From: the human T2T-CHM13v2.0 reference genome, Homo sapiens
Assembly (NCBI GenBank): GCA_009914755.4
Contig: CP068257.2
Coordinates: 10,016,001-10,080,000 of the forward strand
Length of the DNA stretch: 64,000 bases
Direction of reading: 5' to 3'
Shown here: one piece after another, positions 12,501-25,600 of the stretch
Position numbering within the stretch: the stretch's first letter is position 1
How the letters are laid out: each line of letters starts with the position of its first letter
Made by a program: the position numbers and the translations under genes
The notes under the pieces: model-generated
Told to the model about the DNA's origin: nothing
The model's database searches: none
Seen by the model: the letters and a program-made list of their open reading frames with translations, nothing else

Positions 12501-15100
12501 AGTGGACATTTGGAGTGCTTTGAGGCCTATGGTGGATAACGAAATATGTTCACATAAAAATTGGACAGAAGCATTCTGAGAAACTTCTTTGTGATGTGCG
12601 CATTCATCTCACAGAGTTGAACCTCCCTTTTGATTGAGCACTTTGGAAGCACTCTTTCTGTAAAATCTGCAAGTGGACAATTGGAGTGCTTTGAGGTCTA
12701 TGGTGGAAAACGAAATATCTTCACATAAAAATTGGACAGAAGCATTCTGAGAAACTTCTTTGTGACGTGTGCATTCATCTCACAGAGTTGAACCTCCCTT
12801 TTGATTGAGCACTTTCGAAGCACTCTTTCTGTAAAATCTGCAAGTGGACAATTGGAGTGCTTTGAGGCCTATGGTGGAAAAGGAAATATCTTCACTTAAA
12901 AACTAGACAGAAGCATTCTGACAAACTTCTCTGTGATGTGTGCATTCATCTCACAAAGAATTGAAACTTTCTTTGATTCAGGAGCTTTGAAACACTCTTT
13001 TTGTAGAATCTGCAAGTGTACATTTGGAGCGCTTTGAGGCCTATGGTGGAAAAGGGGACATCTTCACATATAGAACAGACAGAAGCATTCTGACAAACTT
13101 CTTTTCGATGTGTGCGTTCAACTCACAGATTTGAACCTTACTTTTCATTGAGCAGATATGAAACACTCCTTTTGTAGAATCTGCAAGTGGACAATTGGAC
13201 CGCTTTGTGGCCTATGGTGGAAAAGGATATATCGTCACATAAAAACTAGACAGAAATCTTCTGACAAACTTCTTTGTTATGTGTGCATTCATCTTTCAGA
13301 GTTGAACCTTTCTTTTGATTGAGCAACTTTGAAACACTGTTTTTGTAGAATCTGCAAGTAGTCATTTGGAGCGCTTTGGGGCCTATGGCAAAAAAGGAAA
13401 TATCTTCACATAAAAACTAGACAGAAGCATTCTGACAAACTTCTTTGCGATGTGTGTATTCATCTCACAGAGTTGAACCTTACTTTTCATTGAGCAATTT
13501 TGAAACACTCTTTTTGGAGAATCTGTAAGTGGACATTTTGAGGGCTTTGACGCACATGGTGGAAAAGGAAATACCTTCACATAAAAATTGGACAGAAGCA
13601 TTCTGACAAACTACTTTGTAATGTGTGCATTCATCTCTCAGAGCTGGACCTTTCTTTTGATTGAACAGCTTTGAAACACTCTTTTTGTAGAATCTGCAAG
13701 TGGACATTTGGAGCGCTTTGAGGCCTATGGTGGAAAAGGAAATATCTTCACAGAAAAACTAGACAGAAGCATTCTGACAAACTTCTTTGTTATGTGTGCA
13801 TTCATCTCACAAAGAATTGAAACTTTCTTTGATTCAGGAGCTTTGAAACACTCTTTTTGTAGAATCTGCAAGTGTACATTTGGAGCGCTTTGAGGCCTAT
13901 GGTGGAAAAGGGAACATCTTCACATATAGAACAGACAGAAGCATTCTGACAAACTTCTTTTCGATGTGTGCGTTCAACTCACAGATTTGAACCTTACTTT
14001 TCATTGAGCAGATATGAAACACTCTTTTTGTAGAATCTGCAAGTGGACAATTGGACCGCTTTGTGGCCTATGGTGGAAAAGGATATATCGTCACATAAAA
14101 ACTAGACAGAAATCTTCTGACAAACTTCTTTGTTATGTGTGCATTCATCTTTCAGAGTTGAACCTTTCTTTTGATTGAGCAACTTTGAAACACTGTTTTT
14201 GTAGAATCTGCAAGTAGTCATTTGGAGCGCTTTGGGGCCTATGGCAAAAAAGGAAATATCTTCACATAAAAACTAGACAGAAGCATTCTGACAAACTTCT
14301 TTGCGATGTGTGCATTCATCTCACAGAGTTGAACCTTACTTTTCATTGAGCAATTTTGAAACACTCTTTTTGGAGAATCTGTAAGTGGACATTTTGAGGG
14401 CTTTGACGCACATGGTGGAAAAGGAAATACCTTCACATAAAAACGAGACAGAAGCATTCTGACAAACTACTTTGTAAAGTGTGCATTCATCTCTCAGAGC
14501 TGGACCTTTCTTTTGATTGAACAGCTTTGAAACACTCTTTTTGTAGAATCTGCAAGTGGACATTTGGAGCGCTTTGAGGCCTATGGTGGAAAAGGAAATA
14601 TCTTCACAGAAAAACTAGACAGAAGTATTTTGAAAAACTTCATTGTGACGTTTGCATTCATCTCACTGATGTGAACCTTTCTTTTGATTGAGCAGTTTTG
14701 AAAAACTCTTTTTGTAGGATCTGCATGTGGACATTTGGATCGCTTTGAGGCCTATGGAGGAAAAGAAAATATCTTCACCTAAAAACCATACAGAAGTATT
14801 CTGAGAAACTTCTTTGTGATGTGTGCATTCATCTCACAGAGTTGAACCTTACTTTTCATTGAGCAATTTTGAAACACTCTTTTTGGAGAATCTGCAAGTG
14901 GACATTTGGAGGGCTTTGACGCACGTGGTGGAAAAGGAAATATCTTCACATAAAAACTAGACAGAAGCATTCTGACAACCTTCATTGTGATATGTGCATC
15001 CATCTAAGAGAGTTGAACCTTACTTTTGATTCAGCAGTTTTGAAACTCTCTTTTTGTAGAATCTGCAAGTGGACATTTGGAGCACTTTTAGACCTATGGT
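6579..15100 (+). repeat. Alpha satellite in the conventional plus orientation, K-type monomers (…AGACAGAAGCATTCTGACAAACTTCTTTGTGATGTGTGCATTCATCTCACAGAGTTGAACC…).
   Basis: The orientation flips at 6578/6579 (…GTGTTTCAGAACTGG|ACAGAAACACTCTGACAAACTTCTTTGTGATGTGTGC…). The block contains local HOR-like duplications (see findings). The boundary to D-type around 15.0-15.6 kb is gradual, so the end coordinate is approximate. Confidence 0.9.
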
Positions 15101-18100
15101 GGAAAAGGAAATATCTTCACATAAAAACTAGACAGAACAATTCTGAGAAACTTCTTTGGGATGTGTGCATTCATCTCACAGAGTAAAACATTCTTTTGAT
15201 CCAGCAGTTTTGTAAGTATCTTTTTGTAGAATCTGCAAGTGGACATTTTGAGCCCTTTCAGGCCTATGGTGGAAACGGAAATATCTACAAATTGAAACTC
15301 GGCAGAAGAATTCTGAGAAACTCCTTTGTGATGCTTGCATTCATGTAACAGAGTTGAACCTTTCTTTATGATTGATCAGTTTGGAAACCCTCTTTTTTAG
15401 AATCTGCCAGCGGATATTTGGAGCGTTTTGCAGCCTATGGTGGAAAAGGAAATATCTTCACATGAAAACTAAATAGATGTATTCTGAGAAACTTCTATGT
15501 GATGTGTGCGTTCATCTCACAGAGTTGAACCTTTCTTTTGATTGAGCAGTTTGGAAACACTCTTTTTGTAGAATCTGCAAGTGGACGTATGGAATGCTTT
15601 GAAGCCTATGGTAGAACAGGAAATATCTTCACATAAAATCTGAACAGAGGAATTCTGAGAGACTCCTTTGTGATGTTTGTATTCATCTTACAGAATTAAA
15701 GCTTCCTTTTGAATGAGCAGATTTGAAACTGTCTTTTTGTAGAATCTGCAAGTGGACATTTTGAGCGCCTGGAGGCCTATGGTGGAAAAGAAAATGGCTT
15801 CACATGAAAACTAGACAGAAGAATTCTGAGAAACTTCTTTCTTATGTGTGCGTTAATCTCACACAGTTGAACCTTTCTTTTGATTGAGCAGTTTCAAACA
15901 CTCTTTTTGTAGAATCTGCAAGTGGACTTTTGGAGCACTTTGTGGCCTACGGTAGAAAAGGAAATATCATCACATAAAATCTAGACAGAAGCAATCTGAG
16001 ACTTCTTTGTGATGTGTGCATTCACCACACATTGTGTAACCTTTCCCTTGATTGAGCAGTTTTGAAACTCTTTTTGTAGAATCTACAAGTCTACATTTGG
16101 AGTGCTTTGAGACCTATGGTAGAAAAGGAAATATCTTCACATAAAAACTAGTCAAAAGAATTCTGAGAAACTTCTTGTTGATGTGTGTGTTCACCTCACA
16201 GAGTTGAACCGTTGTTTTGATTGAGCAGTTTGGAAACCCTCTTTTTGTAGAATCTGCATGTGGACATTTGGAGCGCTTTGAGGCCTATGGTGGAAAAGGA
16301 AGTATCTTCACATAAAAACTAGACAGAAGAATTCTGAGAAACTTCTTTGTGATGTCTGCATTTATCTCACAGACTTGAACCTTTCTTTTGATTGAGCAGT
16401 TTGGAAACACTCTTTTTGTAGAATCTGCAAGGGGACATTTGGAGCGGTTTACACCCTATGATAGAAAAGGAAATATCTTCACATAGAATATAGACAGAAG
16501 CAATCTGAGAAACTTATTTCTGATGTGTGAATTCATCTCACAGAGTTAAACATTTCTTTTGATTGAGCAGTTTGGAAACAATCTTTTTGAAGAATCTGCA
16601 AGTGAACATTTGGAGAGCTTTGTGGCATATGATAGTAAAGGAAATATCTTCAAATAAAATTTAGAGGAAGAAATCTGAGAAATTGCTTTTGATGTGTGCA
16701 TTCATGTCACAGAATTAAAGCTTTCTTTTGATTAAGCAGTTTTGAAACTCTCTTTTTGTAGAATCTGCAAGTGGACATTTGGAAATCTTTGAGGCCTGTG
16801 TTAGAAAAAGGAAATATCATCACATAAAAACTAGATAGAAGCAATCTGAGAAACTTTGGTGTGACATGTGAATTCATCTCCCAGAGTTGAAACATTCTTT
16901 TGATGGAACAGTGTTGATATACTCTTTTGGTAGAATCTGCAAGTGGACATTTCAAATTCATTGAGTCTTATGGTGGAAAAGGAAATATCTTTACATAAAA
17001 ACTAGACAGAAAAATCCTGGGAAACTTCTTTGTGATGTGTGCATTCATCTCACAGAGTTGAACCTTTCTTTTGAATGAGCAGTTTGGAAACTCTCTTTTT
17101 GCAGAATCTTCAAGTGGACATTTGGAGCGCTTTGAAGCCTATGGTAGAAAAGGAAATATCTTCACATAAAATCTACACAGAAGCAATCTGAGAAACTTCT
17201 TTGTGATGTGTGCATTCATCACACCGTGTTAAACCTTTCTCTTGACTGAGGAGTTTTGAAACTTACTTTTTGTAGTATCTGCAAGTGGTCATTTGGAGCG
17301 CTTTGAGGACTATGGTGGAAAAGGAAATATCTTCACATAAAAACCAGACAGAATAATTCTGAGAAACTTCTTTGTGATGAGTGAGTTCATCTCACAGAGT
17401 TGAACCTTTCTTTGATTGAGCAGTTTGGAAGCACTCTTTTTGTACAATCTGCAGGTGGATATTTGGAGCGCTATGCTGCCTATGGTAGAAAACGAAATAT
17501 CTTCACATAAAATCAGGACAGAAGCAATCTGAGAAACATCCGTTTGATGTGTGCGTTAATCTCACAGAGTTAAATCTTTCTTTTGATTGAGCAGTTTTGA
17601 AACTCTCTTTTTGTAGAATCTGCAAGTGGACATTTGGAGCGCTTTTAGAACTATGGTGGAAAAGGAAATATCTTCACAAAAATCTGGACAGAAGACTTCT
17701 GAGAAACTTCTTTGTGATGTGTGTATTCATCTCACGGAGTTGAACCTTTCTTTTGATTGAACAGTTTTGAAATGCTCTTTTTGTAGAATCTTCAAGTCAG
17801 CATTTGGAGTGCTTTGAGGACCATAGTGGAAAAGGAACTATCTTCACATAGAAACTAGACAGAAGAATGCTGACAGACATCTTTTTGACGTTCGTTAATC
17901 TCACAAGGTTGAGCCTTTCTTTTGATTGAACAATTTGGAAAATCTCTTTTTGTTGAATCTGCATGTGGACATTTGGAGCGCTTTGAGGCCTATGGTGGAA
18001 AAGGAAGTATCTTCACATAAAACTAGACAGAAGAATTCTGAGAAACTTCTTTGTGATGTGTGCGTTTATCTCACAGACTTGAACCTTTCTTTTGATTGAG

Positions 18101-18316
18101 CAGTTTGGAAACACTCTTTTTGTAGAATCTGCAAGGGGACGTTTGGAGCGGTTTGCGCCCTATGATAGAAAAGGAAATATCCTCACATAAAATATAGACA
18201 GAAGCAATCTGAGAAACTTGTTTCTCATGTTTGCATTCATCCACAGAGTTAAACGTTTCTTTTGATAGAGTAGTTTTGAAACACTCTTTTTGTAGAATCT
18301 GCAAGTGGACATTTTT
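15101..18316 (+). repeat. Alpha satellite, plus orientation, D-type dimer-like monomers (AAAACTAGACAGAAGAATTCTGAGAAAC alternating with AAAATCTAGACAGAAGCAATCTGAGAAAC).
   Basis: The alternating monomer signatures are visible at about 15.6-18.3 kb. Confidence 0.85.
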
Positions 18317-21300
18317 AATGCAGACATCACAAAGTAGTTTCTCAGATTGCTTCTGTCTAGATTGTATGTGAAGATATTTCTTTTTCTACCATAGACTCCA
18401 AAGCGATCCAAATGTCCACTTGCAGATTCTACAAAAAGAGTGTTTCCAAACTGTTCAACCAAAAGAAAGTTCAACTCTGTGAGATGAATGCACGCATCAC
18501 AAAAAAGTTTCTCAGAGTTCTTCTGTCTAGTTTTTATGTGAAGATAATTTATTTTCCAATATAGGCCTCAAGGTGCTCGAAATGTCCACTTGCAGGTTCT
18601 ACAAAAGAATATTTCAAAACTGGTCCATCAAAAGAAAGGTTTAACTCTGTGAGATGAATGCAAACATCACAAAGAAGTTTCTCAGATTGCTTCAGTCTAG
18701 ATGTCATGTGAAGATATTTCCTTTTCTACCATAGCCTGCAAAACGCTCCAAATGTCCACTTTCAGATTCTACAAAAAGAGAGTTTCAAAACTGCTCCATC
18801 AAAATAAAGGTCCAACTCTGTCAGATGAATGCACACATCACAAAGAAGTTTCTCTTCTTGCTTCTGTCTAGATTGTATGTGAAGATATTTCTTTTTCCAC
18901 CATACACCTCAAAGCACTCCAAATGTCCACTTGAAGATTCTATAAAAAGAGAGTTTCAAAGCTCTTCAATCAGAAGAAAGGTTCAACTCTGTGAGATGAA
19001 TGCACACTTCACAAAGAAGTTTCTCAGATTTCTTCTGTATAGATTTTATGTTATGATATTTCTTTTTCTACCATAGGCCTCAAAGCGCTCCAAATGTCCA
19101 CTTGCAGATTCTACAAAAAGAGAGTTTCAAAACTTCTGAATTAAAAGAAAGGTTTAACTCTGTGAGATGAATGAACACATCACTAGGATGTTGCTCAGAT
19201 TGCTTCTGTCTAGATATTATGTGAAGATATTTCCTTTTCTATCATAGGCCGCAAAGCGCTCCAAATGTCCACTTGCAGATTCTACAAAAAGAATGTTTCC
19301 AAGCTCCTCATTCAAAAGAAAGATTGAACTCTGTCAGATGAACGCACACATCACAAAGAAGTTTCTCAGAATTCTTTTGTCTAGTTTTTATGTGAAGATA
19401 TTTCCTTTCCCACCATAGTCCTCAAAGTGCTCCAAATGTCCACTTGCAGATTCTACAGAGAGTTTCAAAGCTCCTTCATCAAAAAAAAAAATGTTAACCT
19501 CTTTCTGATGAATGCACACATCACAAAGAAGTTTCTCAAATTGCTTCTGTCTAGATTTTGTCTGAAGATATTTCCTTTTCTGCCACAGACTGCAAAGCAC
19601 TCCAAATATCCATTTTCAGATTCTACAAAAAGACTCTTTCCAAACTCTTCAATCAAAAGAAAGGTTCAACTCTGTAAGATGAACGCAGACATCACAAAGA
19701 TGTTTCCCAGAATTCTTCTGTCTAGTTTTTATGTGAAGATATTTCATTTTCCACCAGAGGCCTCAAGGTGCTCAAATTGTCCACTTGCAGATTCTACAAA
19801 AAGAGAGTTTCAAAACTGCTCAATCAAAAGAAAGCTTTAACTCTGTGAGATGAATGCACACATCACAAAGAAGTTTCTCAGATTGCTTCTGTCTACAATT
19901 TATGTGAAGATATTTCCTTTTATGCTATAGGCCCCAAAGCGCTCCAAATGTCCACTTGCAGATTCTACAAAAAGAGAGTTTCCAAACTGCTCAATCTAAA
20001 GGAAGGTTCAACTCTGTGAGAACAATGCACGCATCACAAAGAAGTTTCTCAGAATTCTTCTGTCTAGTTTTTATGTGAAGATACGTTATTTTCCACCATA
20101 GGCCACAAAGCACTCTACATATCCACTTGAAGATTCTACAAAAAGAGAGTTTCAAATCTGCTCCATCAAAGGAAAACTTCAACCCTCTGAGATGAATGCA
20201 CCAATCACAAAGAAGTTTATCAGATTACTTCTGTTTATATTTTATATGAAGATATTTCCTTTTCCAATATAGGCCTCAAAGTGCTCCAAATATCCACTTG
20301 TAGGTTTTACAAAAAGAGAGTTTCAAAACTGTTAAATCAAAACAAAGCTTTAACTCTGTGAGATGAATGCACACATCACAAAGAAGTTTCTCAGATTGCT
20401 TCTGTCCAGATTTTATGTGAAGATATTTCCTTTTCTACCATAGGCCGCAAAACGCTCTAAATGTCCACTTGCAGATTCTACAAAAAGAGTGTTTCCAAAC
20501 TGCTCAATCAAAAGAAAGATTCAACTCTGTTAGATGAATGCACACATCGCCAAGTCGTTTCTCAGAATTCTTCTGCCTAGTTTTTATTTGAAGATATTTG
20601 CTTTCCAACCATAGTCCTCAAAGCGCTCCAAATGTGCACTTGCAGATTCTACAAACAGAGAGTTTCAAAACTCGTGCATCAAAAAAAGTTTACCTCTTTC
20701 AGATGAATGAACACATCACAAAGAAGTTTCTCAGATTGCTTTTGTCTAGATTTTGTCTGAAGATATTTCCTTTTCTGCCATAGGCCACAAAGCGCTCCAA
20801 ATATCCACTTGCAGATCCTACAAAAAGAGTGTTTCTGAACTCCTCAATCAAAAGAAAGTTTCAACTCTGTGAGATGAATGCACACATCACAAGGAAGTTT
20901 CTCAGAGTTCTTCTGATTTGTTTTTATATGAAGATATTTCCTTTTCTGTCATAGGCCTTTAAGCGTTCCAAATATCCACTTGAAGATTCTACAGAAAGAG
21001 AGTTTCCAAAGGGCTCAATCAAAAGAAAGTTTTAACTCTGTGAGATGAATGCACACATCACAAAGAAGTTAATCAGATTGCTTCTGTCTAGATTTTATGT
21101 GAGGATATTTCTTTTTCCAGCCTAGGCCGCACAGCACTCCAAATGTCCTCCTGAAGATTCTACTACAAAAGTTTTTCCAAACTGCTCAATAAAAAGAAAG
21201 GTTCAACTCTGTGAGATGAATGCACACATCACAAAGTAGTTTCTCAGAATGCTTCTGTCTAGTTTTTATGCGAAGATATTTCCTTTTCCACCGTAGGCCT

Positions 21301-22640
21301 CAAAACGCCCCAAATGTCCACGTGCAGGTTCTACAAAAAGAGAGCTTCAAAACTGCTCAATCAAAGAAGTTTTAACTCTGTGAGATGAATGCACACATCA
21401 CAAAGAAGTTTCTCATATTGCTTCTGTCTACAATTTATGTGAAGATATTTCCTTTTATACCATAGGCCCCAAAGCGCTCCAAATGTCCACTTGCAGATTC
21501 TACAAAAGGAGTGTTTCCAAACTTCTCAATCAAAAGAAGGTTCAAATCTGTGAGAAGAACACAGGCATCATAAAGAAGTTTCTCAGAATTCTTCTGTCTA
21601 GTTTTTATGTGAAGATACATTATTTTCCACCATAGGCCACAAAGCACTCTAAATGTCCACTTGCAGATTCTACAAAAAGAGAGTTTCAAATCTGGTCCAT
21701 CAAAAGAAAACTTCAACCCTGTGAGATGAACGCACATATCACAAAGAAGTTTATCAGGTTGCTTCTGTCTAGATTTTATGTGAAGATATTTCCTTTTATA
21801 CCATAGATTGCAAAGCACTCCAAATGTCCACTTGAAGATTCTACAAAAAGAATGTTTCCAAACTGCTCAATCAAAAGAAATGTTCAGCTCTATGAGATGA
21901 ACACAGACATCACAAAGAAGTTTCTCAGAATTCTTCTATCTAGTTTTTATGTGAAGATATTTCCTTTTCCCCATAGGTCTAAAATCTCTCCAAATATCCA
22001 CTTGCAGATTCTACAAAAAGAGAGTTTCAAAACTACTGAATCAAAAGAAAGGTTTAACTGTGTGGGATGAATGCACACATCACAAAGAACTTTCTCAGAT
22101 TGCCTCTATCTAGATTTTAATGTGAATATCTTTCCTTTTCTACCATAGGCCTCAAAGCGCTCCAAAAGTCCACTTGCAGATTCTACAAAAAGAGTGTTTC
22201 CAAACAGCTCAATCAAAAGAAATTTTTGACTCTGTGAGATGAACGCACTCATCACAAAGATGTTTCTCAGAATTCTTCTGTCTAGTTTTTATATGAAGAT
22301 ACTTCCTTTTCCACGATGGGCCTCAATATGATCCAAATATCCACTTGCAGATTCTACAAAAGGAGTGTTTCAAAACTCCTCAATCAAAAGAAAGATTTAA
22401 CTCTGTGAGATGAATGCAACATCACAAAGAAGTTTCTCAGATTGCTTCTGTCTGGATTTTATGTGAAGATATTTCCTTTTCCACCATAGGCCTTTAAGAG
22501 CTCCAAATGTCCACTTCCAGATTCTACGTAAAGAGAGTAGCAAAATTGCTCAATCAAGAGAAAGTTTTAACTCTGTGAGATAAATGCACACATCATAAAA
22601 AAATTTCTCAGTTTGCTTCTGTCTATATTTTATGTGAGGG
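18317..22640 (-). repeat. Alpha satellite, minus orientation, D-type dimer-like monomers.
   Basis: Second strand switch at about 18316/18317 (…TCTGCAAGTGGACATTTTT|AATGCAGACATCACAAAGTAGTTTCTCAGATTGCTTCTGTCTAG…). Alternating CTAGATTTTATG / CTAGTTTTTATG monomers are the reverse complement of the D-type signatures. Confidence 0.9.
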
Positions 22641-25600
22641 TATTCCGTTTTCTACCATAGGCTGCAAAGCTCCCCAAATATCCACTTACAGATTCTACCA
22701 AAAGAGAGTTTCAAAACTACTCTGTCAAAAGATAGGTTCAAATCCGTGAGTTGAATGCACACATAACAAGGAAGTTTCCCAGAATGCTTCTGTGTAGTTT
22801 TTATCCGAAGATATTTCCTTTTCCAAAATAGACCACAAAGCCCTTCACATATTCACTTCCAGATTCTACAAAAAAAGTGTTTCAAAACTACTCAGTCAAT
22901 AGAAAGGTTCAACTCTGTGTGGTGAATGCATTTTTCTCAAAGAAGTTTCCCAGAATGCTTCTGTGTAGTTTTTATTTGAAGATATTTCATTTTCCATCAT
23001 AGGGCACAAAATGCTCCAAGTATCCACTTGCAGATTCTACAGAAAGAGAGATTTAAAAATGCTGAATCAAAAGATAGGGTCAACACTGTGAGTTGAATGC
23101 ACACATAACAAGAAGTTTCACAGAATGCTTCTGTGCAGTATTTATGTGAAGATATTTCCTTTTTCAAAATAGGCCTCAAATCGCTCCAAATATCCACTTG
23201 CAGATTCTACAAAAAGAGTGTTTCCAAACAGCTCAATCAAAAGAATGGTTAAATTCTGTGAGACAAATGCACACATCACAAGGATGTTTCTCAGAATGCT
23301 TCTGTGTAGTTTCAGTTTGAAGATATTTCCTTTTCCATTATAGGCCACAAAGGGCTCCAAATATCGACTTGCAGATTCTACAAAAGAGAGATTCAAATCT
23401 GCCCAGTCCAAAGATAGATTCAACTCTCTGAGTTGAATGCACATATCACAAAGAAGTTTCTCAGAATGCTTCTGTGTAGTTTTCATGTGAAGATATTTCG
23501 TTTTCCACAATGGGCCTCAAAGCTCTCCAAATATCAACTTGCAGATACTGCAAAAAGAGTGTTTCAAAACTGTTCAATCAAAGGAAGGTTTCAACTCTGT
23601 GTGATGAATGCACTCATCACAAAGAAGTTTCTCTGAATGCTTCTGTGTAGTATTTATTTGAAGATATATCCTTTTCCACCAAAGAGCACAAAGGGCTCCA
23701 AATATCCACTTGCAGATTCTACAAAAAGAGAGATTCAAAACGGCTCAATCAAAAGATAGGTTCAACTCTCTGAGTTGAATGCACACATCACAAAGAAGTT
23801 TCTCAGAATGCTTCTGTGTAGTTTTTATTTGAAGATATTTCCTTTTCCACAATAGGCCTGAAATCACTCCAAATATCCACTTGCAGATTCTACAAAAAGA
23901 GTGTTTCAAAACTACTCAATCAAAAGAAAGGTTCAACTCTGTGAGGTGAACGCACACATCACAAAGAAGTTTCTCAGAATGTTTTTGTGTAGTTTTTAGG
24001 TTAAGATATGTGCTTTTCCAAAGTAGGCCTCAAAGCGCTCATAATATCCACTTGCCGATTATACAGAAAGAGTGTTTCAAAACTGCTCTATCATAAGATA
24101 GGTTGAACCCTCTGAGATGAATGCACAGATCACAAAGACTTTTTTCAGAATTCTTCTGTGTAGTTTTTATTTGAAGATATTTCCCTTTCCACCATAGGAC
24201 GCAAATGGTTCCAAATATCCACTTGCAGATTCTACAAAAAGAGAAATAGAAATCTGTTCAATTATAAGATAGGTTCAACCTTGTGAGATGAATGCACACA
24301 TCACAAAGATGTTTCTCAGAATGCTTCTGTGTAATTTTTATGTGAAGATACTTCCTTTTCCACAATAGAGTGTTTCAAAACTTCCCAATCAAAAGAAAGG
24401 TTCAACCCTGTCAGATGAATGCTCACATCACAATCAAGTTTCTCAGAATGCTTCTGTGTAGTTTTTATTTGAAGATATTTTCTTTTCCACCATAGGCCAC
24501 AAAGGGCTCCAAATATCCACTTGCAGATTGTACAAAAAGAGAGATTCAAAACTGCCCAATCAAAAGATAGGTTCAACTCTGTTAGTTGAATGCACGCATC
24601 ACAGAAAAGTTTCCCAAAATGCTTCTGTGAAATTTTTATGTGAAAATATTTCTTTTTCCACAATGGGCCTCAAAGCTCTCCAAATATCAACTTGCAGATA
24701 CTGCAAAAAGTGTGTTTCAAAACTGCTCAATCAGAGGAGGATTTCAACTCTGTGTGATGAATGCACTCATCACAAAGAAGTTTCTCTGAATGCTTCTGTG
24801 TAATTTTTATTTGAAGATATTTCTTTTTCCACCATAGAGCGCAAAGGGCTCCAAATATCCACTTGCAGATTCTACAAAAAGATAGTTTAAAAACGGGTCA
24901 ATCAAAAGATAGGTTCAACTCTGTGAGTTGAAGACACCCATCAAAAAGAAGTTTCTCAGAATGCTTCTGTGTAGGTTTTATGTGAAGATATCTCCTTTTC
25001 TACAGTAGGCCTCAAATCGATCCAAATATCCACTTGTAGATTCTACAAAAACAGTTTCAAAACTGCTCAATCAAAAGATAGGTTCAATTCTGTGAGCTGA
25101 ATGCACTCACCACAGACATGTTTCTCAGAATGCTTCTGTGTAGTTTTTATGTGAAGATATTTCCTTTTCCACAATAGGCTTCAAAGCTCTCCAAATATCC
25201 ACTTGCCGATTCTGCAAAAAGAGAGATTCAAAACTGCTCAATCAAGACATAGGTTCAACTCTGTGAGTTGAATGCACATCTCCAAAGAAGTTTCTCAGAA
25301 TTCTTCTGTGTAGTTTTTATTTGAAGATATTTGCTTTTCCACAGTAGGCCTCAAAGCGCTACAAATATCCACTTGAAGTTTCTGCAAAAAGAGAGATTCA
25401 AAACTGCTCAATCAAAAGATAGATTCAACTCTGTGTGTTGAATTCACACATAACAAAGGAGTTTCTCAGAATGCTTCTGTGTAGTTTTTATGTTAAGATA
25501 TACCCTTTTCCAAAATAGGCCTCAAAGCCCTCCAAATATCCACTTCCAGATTCTACAAAAAGAGTGTTTCAAATTTGCTCAATGAAAAGAAACATTCAAC

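Noticed and set aside
15250-15275. Possible CENP-B box (…GGCCTATGGTGGAAACGGAAATATC…), and other monomers containing isolated TTCG or ACGGA.
   Set aside because: None matches the required NTTCGNNNNANNCGGGN pattern; it would need TTCG upstream and CGGG. I found no convincing B box anywhere by eye. A regex scan is still needed to be definitive.
19481-19496. A11-12 homopolymer inside an alpha monomer that might be a retroelement poly(A) tail.
   Set aside because: No Alu, L1 or SVA body is adjacent and the monomer continues in phase on both sides. It is a simple homopolymer expansion.
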